From an uncultured Acidobacteriaceae bacterium (GTDB taxonomy: Bacteria; Acidobacteriota; Terriglobia; Terriglobales; Acidobacteriaceae), in the NCBI GenBank assembly GCA_963747615.1, contig CAVVFP010000004.1, positions 4,841-68,840 of the forward strand: a stretch of DNA of 64,000 bases, given 5' to 3'. The notes under the pieces are model-generated. The model saw only the letters and a program-made list of their open reading frames with translations, was not told the origin of the DNA and made no database searches. The position numbers and the translations under genes are program-made. Positions 60,765-64,000 of the stretch are shown here, piece by piece; the stretch's first letter is position 1, and each line of letters opens with the position of its first letter.

Positions 60765-63293
60765 CTATTCTCCCGAAGCGCCTTGTGCCAGGGGGTTAAG
60801 GCCGGCAGCTTGTGCGTGGTGAGTCTGCTTGACGGCGTACATGCGGCGATCAGCTTCGGCGAGTAAGGCTTCGACGTCATATCCGTCTTCCGGACAGAAG
60901 GCCGTCCCTACACTCAGCGTAATCATGTCCTGTCCGCAAGTGTGGCGTCCGGCTTCCATGGCTGCCTGGTTCAAACGTATTGTCTTTTCCGCGGCAGCCT
61001 CGGCGGTGAGCCCGAGCGCTGTTACTACAAACTCATCGCCGCCCATGCGCGCCACATAGTCGTAACCACGGCACGCATCCCGCAGCCGCGAGCCGAATTC
61101 GCGGAGCAGCTTGTCTCCCTCCAGATGCCCGAACGAATCGTTGATCTTTTTGAGCCCGTCAATATCGCAAACCATTACCGCCAGCGAAGTTTTCATGCGC
61201 CGGCAGCGTGCTACTTCCTGCGCCAGGTGCACGAACAGCGAGCGTGCATTGGGCAAGCCCGTGAGAAAGTCCGTGGTCGCCGAACTTTCTGCCTGCTGGT
61301 ACTTCAGAGCGTTCTCCACCGAGAGCGCCACTTTCGAAGCCACGGCCAGCAGAATCCGCAGATGATCGGGAGTAAACGCGTCCGCGGTCGAGTGATACAT
61401 AGCGAGCACACCGACTACGCCGTTCAATCCTTGCAAGGGAACGGCTAGCGCGGCAGACAGAACCGCGTGTTTCTCCGGGTCGGGGCGGTAGCCAGCTTCG
61501 ACTTGAGGATTGCCGTTGATGATGGGTTTGCAGTTTTCCGCTACCCATCCGCACAAGCCCTCGCCCATGCGAATTTTCAGCGAAGATAGCGCTCGAAAGT
61601 TTTCGCCGCTCACCAATTCCGGCAGCAGCCAGCCGTTGCGGTTCACGAAGACAGCAATGGAGTCGTAGGGAACCAGCTTACGCAACCGCATCGACAGCAC
61701 CGACAGCGTCTCGCTCAGGCTCAACGAGTTGCCCAAGTCCTGGCTCAACTCGAACATGGCCTGCGCCTCCTGCCGGGCGGATGCGATCGACGTCAGGAAG
61801 TCGGAATCGTTGTGCGAGCTGTCGGCCGAGGTCTCGAATCCGGTGGCAGGAGCGAGCCCGCGCTCCACCCGCAGGCCTTGCGAGAATCCACGGGGAACGG
61901 AGCCTTCTTCGTGGGTTTGCGCGACGATTCGTTCCAGGTCGACAAAGCGGCGCTCCAAAACCTCTACGATCTTCGGGTCAAACCATGTTCCAGATCTATC
62001 TTTCACAGTACTCATGGCGCGATCCAGCGGCATGGCTGGACGGTATTGCCGGTCTGAGGCCAGAGCATCCAGACAATCCACGACCGACAAAATTCTTGCT
62101 CCGATGGGAATCTCTTCGCCAGCGAGGCCTGCAGGATAGCCCGACCCGTCCCACCTTTCATGATGCGAGCGCACGATGGGAGCCACGGGATATGGGAAGG
62201 CCACGCGATCCAGGATTTCCGCACCCACCAGCGGATGCACTTTCATCTTCTCGAACTCTTCCGGAGTCAGCCTGCCCGGTTTATTGATGATGTGCTCGGG
62301 CACGGCGAGCTTGCCAATGTCGTGCAGCAGCGCCGCCGCTCGCAAGGCTTCGATCTCGTCGGCAGACAGGCCTATTTCTTTCGCGATTTCCACCGCGTAG
62401 GTTCGCACGCGTTGCAGGTGTGTATGCGTGGTATGGTCCTTGGCCTCGATGGCCAGGGCGAGAGCCTCGATGGTTCGCATGTTGAGCGACGCAATCTCCT
62501 CGACATGCCGCTTCTCAATTTCTACCCGCTCTTTCTCGGCCTCCAGCCTTCCCAGATAGAGGCGATAGGAACGGTAGACCCAGTAGATCACCGGAATAAC
62601 GAGCAGCGATGTCTGCCAGCCGGCGCGCTGGTTGATGATTCCTACCAGGCCGACGACGGCTGCGCCGACGAGATAGTAGGGGAACGACCAGAAGTAGCAC
62701 TCCTTCCAAACTTTACGGCTCGACTTGTTTTCTGTAAGAGCAATGACGACGGAAATGGGCAGCGTATTTGCCAGAAAGAAAACCAAGGCCGCCACCATCA
62801 GCAAGATGGGCTTATTGCTGCCCATTCTCCCGTTGAGCCAGTGGTAGGTGACGTAACAGAACGCGCTGGCGTTCGCCATCATTCCAAAAACATTGAAGAG
62901 AACCTTCACCGGATCGAGCCGGTTTCGCGCATTCCAGACGCTCTGCACCAGAGTGGCGGTGCAGCCAATGACGAGCGTCTCGGGCAGGCTCAGTTCCATG
63001 ACGCCAAGAAGGATGAAAAGGAAGTTCACTGACATCGTGCCGTCGATGCCCGGCAGTTGTACCTTGAGGCTCGAGGCCAAGACGGCCACAACCAGATAAC
63101 AGATAAATCGCGGCAGGTCTGCCGACTGCCAGTGCCACAGAGCGGAGCACAGCACTACCATCCCCAACGAAGCGGTGATCCCGACAAATAGCTTTGTCCC
63201 AGTCGACATTGCGGCGTCAGTTTTCTTGCAGGGGGGAGGTGGCAGACCTTGCCCGTTGCGCGGGAAGACTATTTCCGCGCACACGTCCGGCAT
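60765..63293 (-). CDS. membrane sensor with HD-GYP, GAF and GGDEF domains (c-di-GMP turnover)
   Basis: 842-aa ORF (alternative ATG at 63209). N-terminal ~260-aa multi-pass module. HD-GYP (LLHDIGKLAVP, HHERWDGSGYP). GAF-like middle. GGDEF (DFLTGLPNARS..., DIDGLKKINDSFGHLEGD, ARMGGDEFVV). Confidence 0.85.
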   Translation of the reverse strand: MPDVCAEIVFPRNGQGLPPPPCKKTDAAMSTGTKLFVGITASLGMVVLCSALWHWQSADLPRFICYLVVAVLASSLKVQLPGIDGTMSVNFLFILLGVMELSLPETLVIGCTATLVQSVWNARNRLDPVKVLFNVFGMMANASAFCYVTYHWLNGRMGSNKPILLMVAALVFFLANTLPISVVIALTENKSSRKVWKECYFWSFPYYLVGAAVVGLVGIINQRAGWQTSLLVIPVIYWVYRSYRLYLGRLEAEKERVEIEKRHVEEIASLNMRTIEALALAIEAKDHTTHTHLQRVRTYAVEIAKEIGLSADEIEALRAAALLHDIGKLAVPEHIINKPGRLTPEEFEKMKVHPLVGAEILDRVAFPYPVAPIVRSHHERWDGSGYPAGLAGEEIPIGARILSVVDCLDALASDRQYRPAMPLDRAMSTVKDRSGTWFDPKIVEVLERRFVDLERIVAQTHEEGSVPRGFSQGLRVERGLAPATGFETSADSSHNDSDFLTSIASARQEAQAMFELSQDLGNSLSLSETLSVLSMRLRKLVPYDSIAVFVNRNGWLLPELVSGENFRALSSLKIRMGEGLCGWVAENCKPIINGNPQVEAGYRPDPEKHAVLSAALAVPLQGLNGVVGVLAMYHSTADAFTPDHLRILLAVASKVALSVENALKYQQAESSATTDFLTGLPNARSLFVHLAQEVARCRRMKTSLAVMVCDIDGLKKINDSFGHLEGDKLLREFGSRLRDACRGYDYVARMGGDEFVVTALGLTAEAAAEKTIRLNQAAMEAGRHTCGQDMITLSVGTAFCPEDGYDVEALLAEADRRMYAVKQTHHAQAAGLNPLAQGASGE

Positions 63294-63519
63294 GCCTATT
63301 CAATGAAATCCTATTGGTGTTACAGGGTTCAAAGTAGCTTACTGAGGTAACCGCTGCGGCAAGAAATGGCTCGCGGTTTGGCGATTGACTTGATGGATTT
63401 GTTAATGGTGTGCCCCCATCTTTACTCCAACGGTAACCAATTACCTTCGTCACGATCCGAAGCTGCATACTTCCTGCGACGCGTGCTCTCTGTGTCAAGA
63501 TCAACTCCAAACCTGCGGA

Positions 63520-64000
63520 ATGCCAACGGTAAATCTCAATTCGAAGTCTCAAGGGCCGGCGGGCGCTATTCACGGCGGCGTCGTTTCGGAAAAGTCGCAT
63601 CCTTTCGACATCCATGCCAGCCCGATCACGAAAGTCGCATTCTTCTCTGCCGATCTTGAAGGCATTGTCACGGGCTGCAACGCATCCGCTCTGAAGATCT
63701 TCGGCGGTACTGCAGCGGAGGTTCTCGGACGAAAGCTGGCGGCGGTCGCTGCAAATGACGATAGCGCAGGGCCGCGTCAACTGCAGGAGACCATGGTAGC
63801 CGCGGTGCTGCAGGACGATCAGTACTGGTCTTCGCTTCAGTGCAAGAGCAAAGCTGGGAAAAGTTTTCCGGCAGAGTTGTCGATCACGCTGCTTCGGGAT
63901 GGTGGTTCCGCGCCGGCAGGGATGGTCGCCATGATTTCTGTGACGGAGGAGGAATCAAACCTGCCGACTGCCCTGAACAAGACGAGAGGAGCGGATGAGA
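63520..64000 (+). CDS. PAS-domain protein, 5' part (runs off the window; not in the ORF track)
   Basis: Open frame from ATG 63520 to the window end with no stop. ...ITKVAFFSADLEGIVTGCNASALKIFGGTAAEVLGRKLAAVAA...YWSSLQCKSKAGKSFPAELSITLLRDGGSAPAGMVAMISV is PAS-like. Confidence 0.6.
   Translation, partial: MPTVNLNSKSQGPAGAIHGGVVSEKSHPFDIHASPITKVAFFSADLEGIVTGCNASALKIFGGTAAEVLGRKLAAVAANDDSAGPRQLQETMVAAVLQDDQYWSSLQCKSKAGKSFPAELSITLLRDGGSAPAGMVAMISVTEEESNLPTALNKTRGADE

Overview
This is a 64-kb chromosomal segment from a bacterium of roughly 58-60% G+C. It is most likely an Acidobacteriota (Terriglobia-like) genome. That placement is an inference from two adjacent TIGR03436-type VWA proteins, a TIGR03118-type propeller and the intergenic repeat families. 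I call about 60 protein genes, one tRNA, and no rRNA, CRISPR, transposase, integrase or phage genes.

Gene content by block:
- 0.1-12.2 kb: bshC, HAD hydrolase, GDPD and glpD (convergent), MBL hydrolase, then mazG, a GNAT-like gene, an OSBS/NSAR enolase-superfamily enzyme and a GT-C glycosyltransferase.
- 12.2-22 kb: bactofilin, two methyltransferase-fold genes, an MsbA-like ABC exporter, a Spy/CpxP-like gene divergent from an OmpR-type regulator and histidine kinase, and a propeller lipoprotein.
- 22-33.4 kb: phd/vapC, a LacD-family aldolase, SDR, MBL, a DUF1015-amidase-GerMN operon, two VWA genes and a DCC oxidoreductase.
- 33.4-38.7 kb: an accessory stretch with csbD, an unknown Cys/His plus Lys-rich protein, a HigBA-like pair, mqsRA and a multi-pass membrane protein. 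Part of it is visibly lower in G+C.
- 38.7-41.8 kb: rpsO and pnp. The pnp product carries an RGG-rich tail.
- 41.8-53.3 kb: secreted and outer-membrane proteins (FG-GAP protein, tRNA-Leu, an OmpA-like protein, a patatin-Omp85 PlpD-like protein, fasciclin, TIGR03118).
- 53.7-63.3 kb: a minus-strand cluster in which an HD-GYP/GAF/GGDEF membrane sensor is translationally coupled to a peptide-type ABC importer. An S8 protease and a stand-alone paralogue of the sensor's membrane module follow. This is the best candidate for an undescribed system.

Other points worth a second look:
- Five single-nucleotide frame disruptions and a 5-nt-short tRNA T-arm lie between 24 and 44.5 kb.
- A family of intergenic hairpins has arms built from tandem heptamers, with G:U-compatible strand asymmetry.
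- Two further repeat families are present.
- Palindromic operators sit at all three toxin-antitoxin loci.
- CpxR-like direct repeats lie in the Spy/two-component divergent region.

All calls were made by eye from the translations and the sequence. No searches or folding computations were run, and start codons are often uncertain.
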